Shown: positions 39,090-50,799 of the stretch, piece after piece
Numbering within the stretch: position 1 is the stretch's first letter
Layout of the letters: every line of letters begins with the position of its first letter
Origin: Octopus sinensis
Taxonomy: Eukaryota
NCBI RefSeq assembly: GCF_006345805.1
Contig: NC_043018.1
Span: 19,282,001-19,346,000, forward strand
Reading direction: 5' to 3'
Length of the DNA stretch: 64,000 bases
The notes under the pieces: model-generated
The model's input: only the letters and a program-made list of their open reading frames with translations
Database searches by the model: none
What the model was told of the DNA's origin: nothing
Position numbers and translations under genes: made by a program

Positions 39090-39680
39090 TATTTATACAT
39101 GGCCCATGTCTAAAGTAGTTATGTCTACGCACACACACACACCACACACACACACACACACACACGATAATATAGATATTAGAGGTAGTAGATAACTTCT
39201 GCTGCCTCAGGGCCCAAATTAGTAATGGGGGAGGATGCATGGAGAATGTGATAGCTAGAAAAAGAATAGGATGGAGGAAATTCTCTCTCCGAATGAAAGG
39301 AAGATTGTATGATGCATGTATATGGACACCAATACCTATTTTTTTATTACCCACAAGGGGCTAAACATAGAGGGGACAAACAAGGACAGACATAGGTATT
39401 AAGTCGATTACATCGACCCCAGTGCGTAACTGGTACTTAATTTATCGACCCCGAAAGGATGAAAAGCAAAGTCGACCTCGGCGGAATTTGAACTCAGAAC
39501 GTAGCGGCAGACGAAATACCGCTGAGCATTTCGCCCGACGTGCTACCGTTTCTGCCCGCTCGCCGCCTATGGACACCAATACCACTTGGTAGTGAGATGT
39601 GGGCCCTGAATGCAGAGGACATGCAAAGATTAAAAAGAAATGAAGATAGTATCCTTCGCTGAATGTGTAATGTAAATGTG
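39090..39680 (+). pseudogene. RTE LINE RT C-terminal relic interrupted by SINE B
   Basis: Removing the SINE and one TSD restores KGRLYDACIWTPIPLGSEMWALNAEDMQRLKRNE, homologous to ORF 29269-29532. Confidence 0.8.
39337..39567 (-). mobile_element. SINE family B monomer
   Basis: 16-bp TSD TATGGACACCAATACC (39321-39336 and 39568-39583). Confidence 0.92.
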
Positions 39681-40519
39681 TAATACATAATACATGCATG
39701 CATGCATAATACATGCATACATACATATGTACGTACAGACATACATGCATGAATGCATATATGCATACACGCATACATATGTACATACATGCATGCATAT
39801 ATACATGCATGCATATATACATAATAAGTGCCTATGTGAGAATCTGGAAGCTAGAGCTTTCAGAAAAAGTAATGAACCAGCTAACATATGCACTACAAAT
39901 ACAAACTGTAAGAGGAACAGTTAAAATATGCAAGATTTTATGCAGGTTCAACATGTGACATTATTTTTGTTATCTGCATTACAATGATGAAGCTTTGTAT
40001 CTTTGCTATAAACCAGCTCCTGGCTTCCACGAGAACTTCAAATAACTATAAACAGAAGTGAACGTACAAAGATACATACAGATACATACATGCATATTGA
40101 GGGAACACATATGCAATATAACACGCTCACAATGTAATACAAGTATATACGCTTTCCATTCAAAAATGACAGGGAGAAGAGTAAAAGGAAGAATAAATTT
40201 TGTGTTTACTTTAATATATTTTATATAGTACAGAAATGATCTCAATAGAGGATTAATAGTTTTCTGTTTAATATAAACATTGAGTTTGAAAGTCATGGGA
40301 GATTGTGCCAGTCTAACAACAAAAACAGCTACCATTTACTAAATTATAGATTGAGTTGAATTAATTAAATTAGCATTTTTATAATGAATTGGAAATCAAA
40401 TAGTTTAATTGTATAGTTTTATAGTCTGGTTAAGCATTGCTTACCCAGATGGCACATTTCTGATATATACATAGATACATACATACATACATACATACAT
40501 ACATGCATGCATACATACA

Positions 40520-40555
<36 letters not shown>

Positions 40556-40888
40556 TATGTATATATGTATATATATGTATGTATATTTATGTATAAAACT
40601 ATAAAACTATACAATTAAACTATAATATATACATATATACATATATATATATGTATATATGTATATATATGTATGTATATTTATGTATAAATATATACAT
40701 ACATAAACACACACATATATATATACAAACAATTATATTCATATATATTATAATATTCATGTATATGTATGTATATATAGAGAGAGAGATTGATAAATCT
40801 AGATGCATAGTACATATTACACACATATACACACAAGCACACATATATATGCACATATATAGACACATACATGTATACAAAATATTAT

Positions 40889-40935
<47 letters not shown>

Positions 40936-41676
40936 GATCTCTATATATGTGTGTATGAGTGTGTGTGTGTGTGTGTATGTGTGCATATGGGGGGATGGTG
41001 GTGTTTGTGCTTTCTAATATTGATGAAACGATATTAAACAGATGAAAAACATCTTCGTAAGAAACAGTTTATAGTTGATAGTATTTCTCATTAATTATTT
41101 ATAAAGCAATAATTCGTCAAGAAATATGAATTGAGAAAATTGTTATTTTGCTAACAAAGTAAGACAGTGAATAAAATATTTATAAACACAAAGAAAGACT
41201 TGTTTATGTGTTAAACATCCATTGTAGGAAAATGTAAATAGAGTTTAGAGTCTCGTATGTTAGCAATCTTTGTGATAGCATCCATTGTATTAGCTTCCTT
41301 TGTTCCTTATTTCAGCGATATAAGCATTAAAAGATGGAGTGTTCCTGCTGATCTCTGCAAGACTTACCATAGCTGCTGCTGCTCTTATTGTTGTTGGTTA
41401 ACACAGGCCAGACCAGGCCTGATCGGCAAGACCTACGATAAAAATATTCTGTTCATGTACAGCCAACATTTTCTTTTGTTTCGTACTATTTTTTAAAACC
41501 CTTTCCATTCGATATTTCTGTTTAAAATGCACTTTGGTTGTTTTAGTTAATCTTGGGAATAACAGAGAATTTATTAGAATAATTTGGTGATTACTCAGCT
41601 GGTGTTTGGAGTTTGGAACATAAGTTAACAAAGAAATTTGAAGGAAGGTTTACATTTAGATTGCTTTAACCTTTTT

Positions 41677-42102
41677 AAATTCTTTATTGCCCACAAGGGG
41701 ATAAACATAGAGGGACAAACAAGGACAGACAAAGGGACTAAGTCGATTACATCGACCCCAGTGCATAACTGGTACTTTTTAATCGACCCCGAAAGGATGA
41801 AAGGCAAAGTCGACCTCGGCGGAATTTGAACTCAGAACGTAGCGGCAGACGAAATACCTATTTCTTTACTACCCACAAGGGGCTACACACAGAGGACACA
41901 CAGAGGGAACAAACAAGGAGAGACAAACGGATTAAGTCGATTACATCGACCCCAGTGCGTAACTGGTACTTAATTTATCGACCCCGAAAGGATGAAAGGC
42001 AAAGTTGACCTCGGCGGAATTTGAACTCAGAACGTAGCGGCAGACGAAATACCACTAAGCATTTCGCCCGGCGTGCTAACGACTCTGCCACCTCGTCGCC
42101 TT
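41677..42102 (-). mobile_element. SINE family B dimer (head plus 2 bodies)
   Basis: Junction GAAATAC|CTATTTC at 41857/41858. One 18-bp TSD GATTGCTTTAACCTTTTT (41659-41676 and 42103-42120) brackets the whole dimer. Confidence 0.9.
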
Positions 42103-42169
42103 GATTGCTTTAACCTTTTTGTTACCATAGTTCTGCTCAAAAACATTGCCGTTTAAAAAAATTTTTTTT

Positions 42170-42388
42170 TTACTATTTACTATTTTACTTGTTTCAGTCA
42201 TTTGACTGCGGCCATGCTGGAGCACCGCCTTTAGTCGAGCAAATCGACCCCGTGACTTATTCTTTGTAAGCCCAGTACTTATTCTATCGGTCTCTCTTTT
42301 GCTGAACCGCTAAGTGACGGGGACGTAAACACACCAGCATCGGTTGTCAAGCAATGCTAGAGGGACAAAGACAGACACACAAACACAT

Positions 42389-42421
<33 letters not shown>

Positions 42422-42588
42422 CATATATACGGCAGGCTTCTTTCAGTTTCCGTCTACCAAATCCACTCACAAGGCATTGGTCGGTCCGAGACTATAGTAG
42501 AAGACACTTGCCCAAGGTGCCACGCAGTGGGACTGAACCCTGAACCATGTGGTTGGTTAGCAAGCTACTTACCACACAGCCACTCCTG
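42170..42588 (-). mobile_element. SINE family A copy
   Basis: Reverse-complement match. Confidence 0.9.
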
Positions 42589-42779
42589 TTGTTTCAGTTA
42601 ATTTTGAAAAATAATGAAGAATTTATTCAAATATCTTTGTTATTATAAAGCTGGTATTTGGAATATCAATGGATATGGAATTTTGAGGAAAGGTTTTTAT
42701 TTCGATCATTTTAATCCTTTTGCTACCATATTCCGGTTGAAAAACACTTTGTTTTGTTTTTTTTTCAATTAATTTTCAG

Positions 42780-43190
42780 GTCAAGCTAAGTGAAAGCATC
42801 GTTGTCCTTGGATACAGGCTTGCCCCTGCGTTTCTCTCCAGCTGAGCAGCATCCCTAATCTCGTGGGCTTGTAGATGCTGGTGCCATGTAAAAAAGCTCC
42901 CATATTGGTGTTGTGTGAAAGTATCCGGTACACTCTGTAAAGTGTCTGGCATTAGGAAGGGCATCCTGCTGTAGAAACCATTGCCAAAGCAGACACACTG
43001 GAGCTTGGTGCACTGCTCTGACTTGCCAGTTCCTCTCAAACCATCCAACCCATGCCAGCATGGAAAACAGATATTAAATGATGGTGATGATGATTATGAT
43101 GATGACAACGATGATGACAACAACAACGATGATGATGACGATCATGATGTTGACGACGACGACGACGACGACGATGATGATGATGACGAC

Positions 43191-43261
<71 letters not shown>

Positions 43262-43295
43262 CGATCATGATGTTGATGATGACGACGACGACGAC

Positions 43296-43332
<37 letters not shown>

Positions 43333-43430
43333 TTGATTATGACGATGATGATGATGATGATGTGATGATGACGATGACAATGATGATGACGATGATGATG
43401 ATAATGATGATGATGAGGATGATGATGAGT
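42780..43430 (+). mobile_element. Family D retroposon with ~350-bp (GAT/GAC)n tail
   Basis: GGCATTAGGAAGGGCATCC...CCAACCCATGCCAGCATGGAAAA followed by a long trinucleotide tail. Confidence 0.75.
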
Positions 43431-43917
43431 TTAGTAAAATGACTTTGTCATCATGAAGCTGGTATTTGGAACATCAATGAACATGAAATTTTTATGAAAC
43501 ATTTTGATTTCGATCACTTTAAGCCTTTTGTTACCATATTCCAGTCGAAATACACTTTGTTGCCATTAATTTTGAAAACAATGAACAGTTTAGTAAAATA
43601 ACTTCGTCGTTATTAAGCTGGTATGTTAAAAATCAACAAAAAGGAAATTTTGGCTGAAGTTTTTTGGTTAGATCACTTTAAGCCTTTTGTTACCATACAT
43701 CTGTTGACACGTGATAACCTTCTTTCACTTAATTTGTTATTAAACTGGTTTTGGAACTTGAATTCAAATGGAATTATGAACGACGATTTCAATTCAGATC
43801 ACTTTAACCCATTTGGTCCCCTTTTTCTTTTCTGTTGAAATGCCTTTGTTTTATTGAATTTTGAAAATAAGGAAAAATTTAGTAAAATAACTTTGTATAT
43901 TTTTAAGCTGGAAAAAG

Positions 43918-44311
43918 ACAGCAGCCAGCAGAAACGTTAGCACGCCGGGCGAAATGCTTAGTGGTATTTCGTCTGCCGTTACGTTCTGAGTTCAAATTCC
44001 GCCGAGGTCGACTTTGCCTTTCATCCTTTTGGGGTCGATTAAATAAGTACCAGTTATGCACTGGAGTCGATATAATCGACTTAATCCGTTTGTCTGTCCT
44101 CGTTTGTTCTCTCTGTGTGTAGCCCCTTGTGGGTAGTAAAGAAATAGGTATTTCGCCTCTCTTTACGTTCTGAGTTCAAATTCCACCGAGGTCGACTTTG
44201 CCTTTCATCCTTTCGGGGTCGATAAAATTAAGTACCAGTTGCGTACTGGGAGCAATCTAATCGACTGGTCCCCTCCCCCAAAATTTTGAGCCTTAAGCAT
44301 AGTGTAGAAAA

Positions 44312-44375
<64 letters not shown>
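43918..44375 (+). mobile_element. SINE B heterodimer (B body plus B' body) with (TAT)n tail
   Basis: Same AAAGAAATAG|GTATTTC junction at 44147/44148. The second unit switches to the alternative 3' end. Confidence 0.85.
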
Positions 44376-44377
<2 letters not shown>

Positions 44378-44429
44378 GCTGAAAAGTTTTAATTCAGATT
44401 ATTTTAACTCTTTTGTTATCTTCTATCTT

Positions 44430-44780
44430 TCATCTTTTACATGTTTCAGTTCTTAGACTGTGGCCATACTGGAGCGCCACCTTGAAGAATTTTTAGTCAA
44501 ATGTATCAAACCCAGTACTTATTTTTTTTAAAGCCTCGTACTTATTCTATTGTTCTCTTTTGGTGAACCGCTAAGTTACATGGATGTAAACACACCAACA
44601 CCAGTTGCCAAGTGGTGATGGAGAATAAACACAAAGACACACACGCACGCATTGGGCTTCTTTCAGTTTCCATCTACCAAATCCACTCACAAGGCTTTTG
44701 CCCAAGGTGCCACGCAGTGGGACTGAACCTGGAACCATGCACTTCGCAAGCAAGCTTCCTATCAAACAGCCATGCCTGCA
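44430..44780 (-). mobile_element. Old SINE family A copy
   Basis: Diverged but colinear with the young A copies. Confidence 0.75.
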
Positions 44781-45131
44781 TCTCCTATTTCTGTTGAAAT
44801 ACACTGCTTGTTTTTCAAATAATTTTGAAAATAATGAGTTTATTAAAATAACTTCGTTATTATCAAGTTGGTTTTTAGAACATCAATGAAATTGAAATTT
44901 CAATGGAAAATTTTAATTCATATAATTTTAAAACAAGGCATTCGTATCACAAAACTAAGAGCAGTTTCAGACAGGGATTTAAATTAAAATCTCACCTCAA
45001 AATGTTCATTTATTTCCCCAGCAACAGCATCATAATGAGAAAACTATTCTAATAAATTATCTATTATTTTCAAAATTAATTGAAACAATTTGATTTGAAA
45101 CAACCTTGGCTGCTGCTTGCAGCAGGCTATA

Positions 45132-45620
45132 TGTTAGTTAGTTAGTTAATTTTTTGGCTTAAAAAGCAAAAAAGCAAGGCCATGTAGGGGACATGGAGTT
45201 ATGTACAGGGTGGTGTTCATGTAAAGAGTTCAGGCCACTTGTAGTCAAGGGAGACTTTGAACCGAGCGGTCGTCGGCATCTTCACCATCTCGTCCGGCAG
45301 CTTATTCCACGGATCCGCAACCCGGACGGAGAAAGCCCCTCTCCTTCGATTGAGATGAAATCGTCGCAGATAGAGCTTTTCGGAGTGACCCCGCAGCCTA
45401 CGCTCTGGAGCAGGAGTGAAGAACAGCTCCTTCGAGAGGTTACACTTTCCGCTTATGATGTTGTGAGCAAGAATGAGATCACCACGGCGTTGTCGTTTTT
45501 CTAGAGAATAAAAGTCGAGCGTCTTCAGCCTTTCTTCATAAGACAAATTCTTGAGACCAAGAACCATGCGGGTAGCCAGCTTCTGGACTCTTTCGAGATG
45601 CTGTATGTCTTTGAGGATCT
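45132..45620 (-). mobile_element. CR1-type LINE 3' end (5'-truncated) with (TAAC)n tail
   Basis: IQHLERVQKLATRMVLGLKNLSYEERLKTL..SLEKRQRRGDLI...LRGHSEKL...F..RV...WNKLP. Confidence 0.9.
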
Positions 45621-45757
45621 TTATATGATCTTTATAGAAAATTTCTTGTTTTATGTTCATTAACCAAAAACCGATGCTTAGGAATTTTGTTTCTGTCTCT
45701 AAATCCAAGACAATAACATCACTGGATAGGGTATGGAAATAAAACTTTGACAATAAT

Positions 45758-46110
45758 GCTTGCTTGTTTGCTTCTTGCTTGTTTGCTTCTTGCTTGATGG
45801 AGCTCGGGTCATCCCAGGTTAGTGGTCCCAGATGTGTTATCCTATATAGAGCCAGCCAGGTCCACCAGTGCTCCCCATCACTGGCAGTCCAATGTCAGCC
45901 CCTCTGCATCCTCCAAGATGACGCTGAGCTTCTGGAGATCTTCCTTGATCGTGTCCAGCCATTTGATGCTGGGCCTGCCACAAGGCCTCTTCCAGACTGC
46001 AGCTGCTACATCAAATGAAAGTAAGGCCCTGATAGGATGATTTGGTGGGTGGTGGAGGACATGTCCTTACCAGTGCATGCGATGGGCAGGTATAAGGTGG
46101 GAGGCTGTGG
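45758..46110 (-). mobile_element. RTE-like LINE 3' end relic with AAGC-rich tail
   Basis: Minus frame RMHW*GHVLH.PP.HP.RALL.F....WKRPCGRP..KWLDTIKEDL. Confidence 0.7.
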
Positions 46111-47000
46111 GTTGATAATAATGGCATGATACAGTAATTATGAAATATTAAATATTAAATTTCTAAATCTCTCATAGAGATATGTACGGTGGTGGGGCGA
46201 TAGAATGGTTGTATACTGTCAATCTAACGTGAACGTGACAGTAGGGGGTTACACTACCGCTGTTTAGCCCTAGGAAGCATCGACGCTTCCTGCTGGCTTC
46301 GACACATTTTTCCTGTGTCCTTATATACATTTACGAAGGGGAGACAAACACCCCCAGCAGCCAGATTCCCAAGAAAACCTTGAGACATAAAGTTTAATGA
46401 CACAATCGATATATTGTGTAAAATTTTCTGTGAAAAAAGCTCATTGTTTAACAAATGTTGGAAGTGTCTGAATATAGACAAAAACAACAATGAGGACTAT
46501 ATCACATATGTTGGTCGAGTTAACAGAGAATGCTAGAAGTTCAAACAGGGTGAATTAACGCCAGATGTGTACACATGCCTGATTTTTACACAGGGACTAA
46601 CTGCCGAAAAAGGTGCAAAATTTGGAACTAGAATTCTCACTAAGCTGAAATAAAACTAGGATGTAACCCTACAGCAAGTGTCAGAAGAATGTGAAAGGAT
46701 AATCAAATGAAGACATGATGCAGAGGAAATTGAATGTAAAAGATTGTTTCCAAGTAAAACAATTGTGAAATAGTTAAAATAGAGATAAAGTGTTTTCTAA
46801 AATTATGACAAAATTCAGGAAATAAACCCATGTTTTGCATGTATACACCTGAGGAAAAATTGTCCATTTAAGAAAGCAGAATACTTTCGTTGTGGAAATA
46901 TAGGACATATAAAGACGCACCGTAGAACAAATCATGACAAAATGTCAGAACACAGGAAAAAGAATAAATGCTATGTCATTGGAAGAAAGTGGTGATATAA

Positions 47001-47783
47001 CGGCGAGCTGGTGGAAACGTTAGCACGCCGGGCGAAATGCGTGGTGGTATTTCGTATGTCTTTGCGTTCTGAGTTCGAATTCCGTTGAGGTTGACTTTGC
47101 CTTTCATCCTTTCGGGGTCGATAAATTAAGTACTAGTTACGCACTGGGGTCGATGTAATCGACTTAATACCTATGTCTGTCCTTGTTTGTTCCCTCTATG
47201 TTTAGCCCCTTGTGGGTAGTAAAGAAATAGGTATTTCGTCTGTCTTTGCGTTCTGAGTTCGAATTCCGTCGAGGTTGACTTTGCCTTTCATCCTTTCGGG
47301 GTCGATAAATTAAGTACTAGTTACGCACTGGGGTCGATGTAATCGACTTAATACCTATGTCTGTCCTTGTTTGTTCCCTCTATGTTTAGCCCCTTGTAGG
47401 TAGTAAAGAAATAGGTATTTCATCTGCCGTTACGTTCTGAGTTCGAATTCCGCCGAGGTTGACTTTGCCTTTCATCCTTTCGGGGTCGATAAATTAAGTA
47501 CTAGTTACGCACTGGGGTCGATGTAATCGACTTAATACCTATGTCTGTCCTTGTTTGTTCCCTCTATGTTTAGCCCCTTGTAGGTAGTAAAGAAATAGGT
47601 ATTTCATCTGCCGTTACGTTCTGAGTTCGAATTCCGCCGAGGTTGACTTTGCCTTTCATCCTTTCGGGGTCGATAAATTAAGTACCAGTTATGCACTGGG
47701 GTCGATCTAATCGACTTAATCCGTTTGTCTGTCCTTGTTTGTCCTCTCTGTGTTTAGCCCCTTGTGGGTAGTAAAGAAATAGG
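47001..47783 (+). mobile_element. SINE family B tetramer (head plus 4 x 184-bp bodies)
   Basis: Units start at 47047, 47231, 47415 and 47599. ATATAACG is present on both flanks as a partial TSD. Confidence 0.93.
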
Positions 47784-48153
47784 CAATATAACGATGAGGA
47801 AATTCGTGAAGGTGAAACTCATAAATACACGTGTTAAAATGAAATTAGACACTGAAAGTGATATCACCATTATAAACGAAAAAATACTTGGTAATATGTT
47901 GGTTCGCCAAAGTTAATTAAATCTAAAAAGGTAGCACATGGTGTTATGGGAAAAAGATTATATTTTTTTGGTGAATTCGTATGTAATATAATATTTAGAG
48001 GTCAAACGAAAAAAGCAAAAGGTTTTAAAAGATTCACTTAAATTTTTTACATGAATTGTTTGCAAGATTTGGTATCCCAGACAAGATAGTGTCTGACAAT
48101 GGAATGTGATTTGTGTCTAGTGAATTAAAAACAAATTTGTGAAAAAAAATTTA

Positions 48154-48550
48154 GGCGCAGGAGTGGCTGTGTGGTAAGTTGCTTGCTAACCAACCACATG
48201 GTCCGGGTTCAGTCCCACTGCGTGGTATCTTGGGCAAGTGTCTTCTGCTATAGCCCCGGGCCGACCAATGCCTTGTGAGTGGATTTGGTAGACGGAAACT
48301 GAAAGAAGCCTGTCGTATATATGTATATATATATATGTGTGTGTATGTGTGTTTGTCCCCCTAGCATTGCTTGACAACCGATGCTGGTGTGTTTACGTCC
48401 CCGTCACTTAGCGGTTCGGCAAAAAGAGACCGATAGAATAAGTACTGGGCTTACAAAGAATAAGTCCCGGGGTCGATTTGCTCGACTAAAGGCGGTGCTC
48501 CAGCATGGCCGCAGTCAAACGACTGAAACAAGTAAAAGAGTAAAGAGTAA
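48154..48550 (+). mobile_element. SINE family A inserted in the Gypsy integrase
   Basis: Full match; integrase motifs resume on the other side. Confidence 0.92.
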
Positions 48551-49049
48551 ACGTTCACAGTAGAACATATAACTATGGTACCATACCCTCCCAGATATAA
48601 TGGTCAGGCAGAACGCTTTATTGACACCTTAAAAGAGCCCTTAGAAAATTGAATAAGGGGGTCACGGATGAGGTAGCTCTACCACAGTTTTTAAAAGTGT
48701 AGGATGTGACACCAAATTCGAATACACCAGCAGGTGGTTGACCAGCAGAGCTGATGTTTGCAAGGAAAGTAAAATCAATCTTTGATAAGTTGCTGCCTAG
48801 CAAGACAAGGAAAAGTGCCAAGGAGGACATATCTGTAGCTGCTATTTTGAAAGTAGTACTTAAACGGTGGTAATAAGGCCATAGGGGAAATATTTAGACT
48901 GTGAAGGGAATGATTAGACAACGGTGGAGATATTTAGACTGTAATGGTGACTACAGCATTACAGTGTTTTGGTGACATTTAAATTGTAAAGAGATTTTGG
49001 CAGTGACGGGGTAATATTGACAACAGAAATGTTTAAGTTAAGCTGGACA

Positions 49050-49305
49050 ATATAATATTTTAACTATAAATGTAGTTTAGACTGTAATAATAAATTTAAT
49101 ATTTTGTCTATAAATGTAGTTTTGACTGTGCTGAGAAATTTCATATTTTGTCTATAAATGTAGTTTAGACTGTAATAATAAATTTAATATTTTGTCTATA
49201 AATGTAGTTTAAACTGTGAAAAAATTTTCATATTTTGACAATAAATGCAGCTTAGACAGTGCTGAGAAATTTCATATTTTGTCTATCGATGTGTTTTAGA
49301 CTATT
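49050..49305. repeat. 44-bp minisatellite, ~6 units in alternating variants
   Basis: TATAAATGTAG starts at 49065, 49109, 49153 and 49197. Confidence 0.88.
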
Positions 49306-49619
49306 TTGCTAAATATCAATAACTTTCGACTCTAGAAGTGAATGTAAAAGAACTGTGATGACTATGGTACTGTGCAGTTTGGTTTAACTTGTAGCAATAA
49401 TCATTAGATTTTGGTGCAAGGTTTATGCTGGTAAAACGGTGCTTAAGCAGTAAACCCCATTAAAGTCCATTTGTAAAATTGTGAAACTGTCATAATGTTT
49501 TTATGTTTCCATGTTGCAAATTGAAGCGAAATGTCTATAATTGTTATTATTGAGTCTTCATGGTGTCTAAGAATTATTGTTGTTGACTTTAGACAAAATG
49601 GAACTAGCAACGGAAGGGG

Positions 49620-49674
49620 TTTTAAACAGACATGCTTATGGTGTTGGTGATGATACTGGTGGGGGTAGTGATGA

Positions 49675-49706
<32 letters not shown>

Positions 49707-50525
49707 CTGATGGTAAAAGTGGTTATGTGGATGGTGATGGTGATGCTGTTAGTGGTGGTTGTGGTGGTGGGGTGGTGGTGATGTGGATGGTGATGGTAAT
49801 GCTGTTAGTGGTGGTGGTGGGGTGGTGGTGATGGTGGTGATGATGATGATGATGCTGGTGGTGAAGGGGGTGGTGGTGATGGTGGGGATAATAGTGATAG
49901 TTGTAGCAGTGATGGTGTTGGTGGCAGCAGTGGTGGTGGTGGTGGTGGTGGTGCTGATGGTAAAAGTGGTTGTGTGGATGGTGGTGGTGATGCTGTTAGT
50001 GGTGGTGGTGGTGGTGGTGGTGCTGATGGTAAAAGTGGTTGTGTGGATGGTGGTGGTGATGCTGTTAGTGGTGGTGGTGGTGGTGGTGGTGGTGGTGATG
50101 GTGGTGATGGTGGTGATGGCGGCGAGCTGGCAGAAACGTTAGCGCACCGGGCGAAATGCTTAGCGGTATTTGTCTGCTGTTACTTTCTGAGTTCAAATTC
50201 CGCCGAGGTCGACTTTGCCTTTCATCCTTTCGGGGTCGATTAAATAAGTACCAGTTACGCACTGGGGTAGATGTAATCGACTTAATCCGTTTGTCTGTCC
50301 TTGTTCGTCCTCTCTGTGTTTAGCCCCTTGTGGGTAGTAAAGAAATAGGTGGTGATGGTGAAAGTGGTTGTGTGGGTGGTGATGGTGATGGTGACTGTGA
50401 TGGTGGTGGTGTTGGTGATGGTGGTGATAATAATGGTTGCGGTGATGATGGTGATGGTGATGGTGATGCTGTTAGTGGCGGTGGTGGTGGGGATGGCGGT
50501 GGTGGTGGGGGTGGTGACAGTGACT
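49620..50525. repeat. (GGT/GAT)n low-complexity field with short internal duplications
   Basis: Read directly; GCTGATGGTAAAAGTGGTT and GATGCTGTTAGTGG recur. Confidence 0.9.
50118..50348 (+). mobile_element. SINE family B monomer
   Basis: Full match; GGTGGTGATGG on both flanks. Confidence 0.9.
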
Positions 50526-50799
50526 GTTAACAATTGTAGTATGCTACTATTGCTACTGGTTATATAGTGTCATGGACCTACTCACACACACGCACACTCT
50601 CACCCCCCCACTCACACACGCAAACTGTCCTGAGCATTACATACACAATAAACAAAGATGCATGTACATAGACTAATAATTATACATACACACACACATA
50701 TCACCATCGTCCTTTAGTGCTCCTTTAAAGCATATCCCATTGTGGGGCTCTGATTTAGGAGTACCAATATTTTGAGAAGTGTATTACCATGTCTTAGCC

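Larger units (their letters stand above)
41500..45000 (+). repeat. Second array of the ~160-bp AT-rich family, broken by at least five retroposon insertions
   Basis: The same unit motifs recur at 41530-41676, 42103-42160, 42590-42780, 43430-43910, 44375-44430 and 44780-44990. Confidence 0.75.
46380..48830 (+). pseudogene. Gypsy-type LTR retrotransposon relic (gag Zn knuckles, protease, integrase; RT/RNaseH missing)
   Basis: CPFKKAEYFRCGNIGHIK (~46860-46915), KMKLDTESDITII (~47835-47875), ARFGIPDKIVSDNG (~48060-48102), NGQAERFIDTLKRAL...PAELMFARK (~48600-48770). LTRs were not identified. Confidence 0.8.

Noticed and set aside
42981-43442. 153-aa poly-Asp ORF (acidic or biomineral-like protein)
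   Set aside because: It is the (GAT/GAC)n tail of a D-family retroposon, and its N-terminus is repeat sequence.
46981-47783. CRISPR-like regular array
   Set aside because: These are contiguous 184-bp tandem units without unique spacers, in a eukaryotic context with no cas genes.
49577-50567. Gly-rich or Val-rich ORFs
   Set aside because: They come from a (GGT/GAT)n low-complexity field interrupted by a SINE, with no splice or coding evidence.
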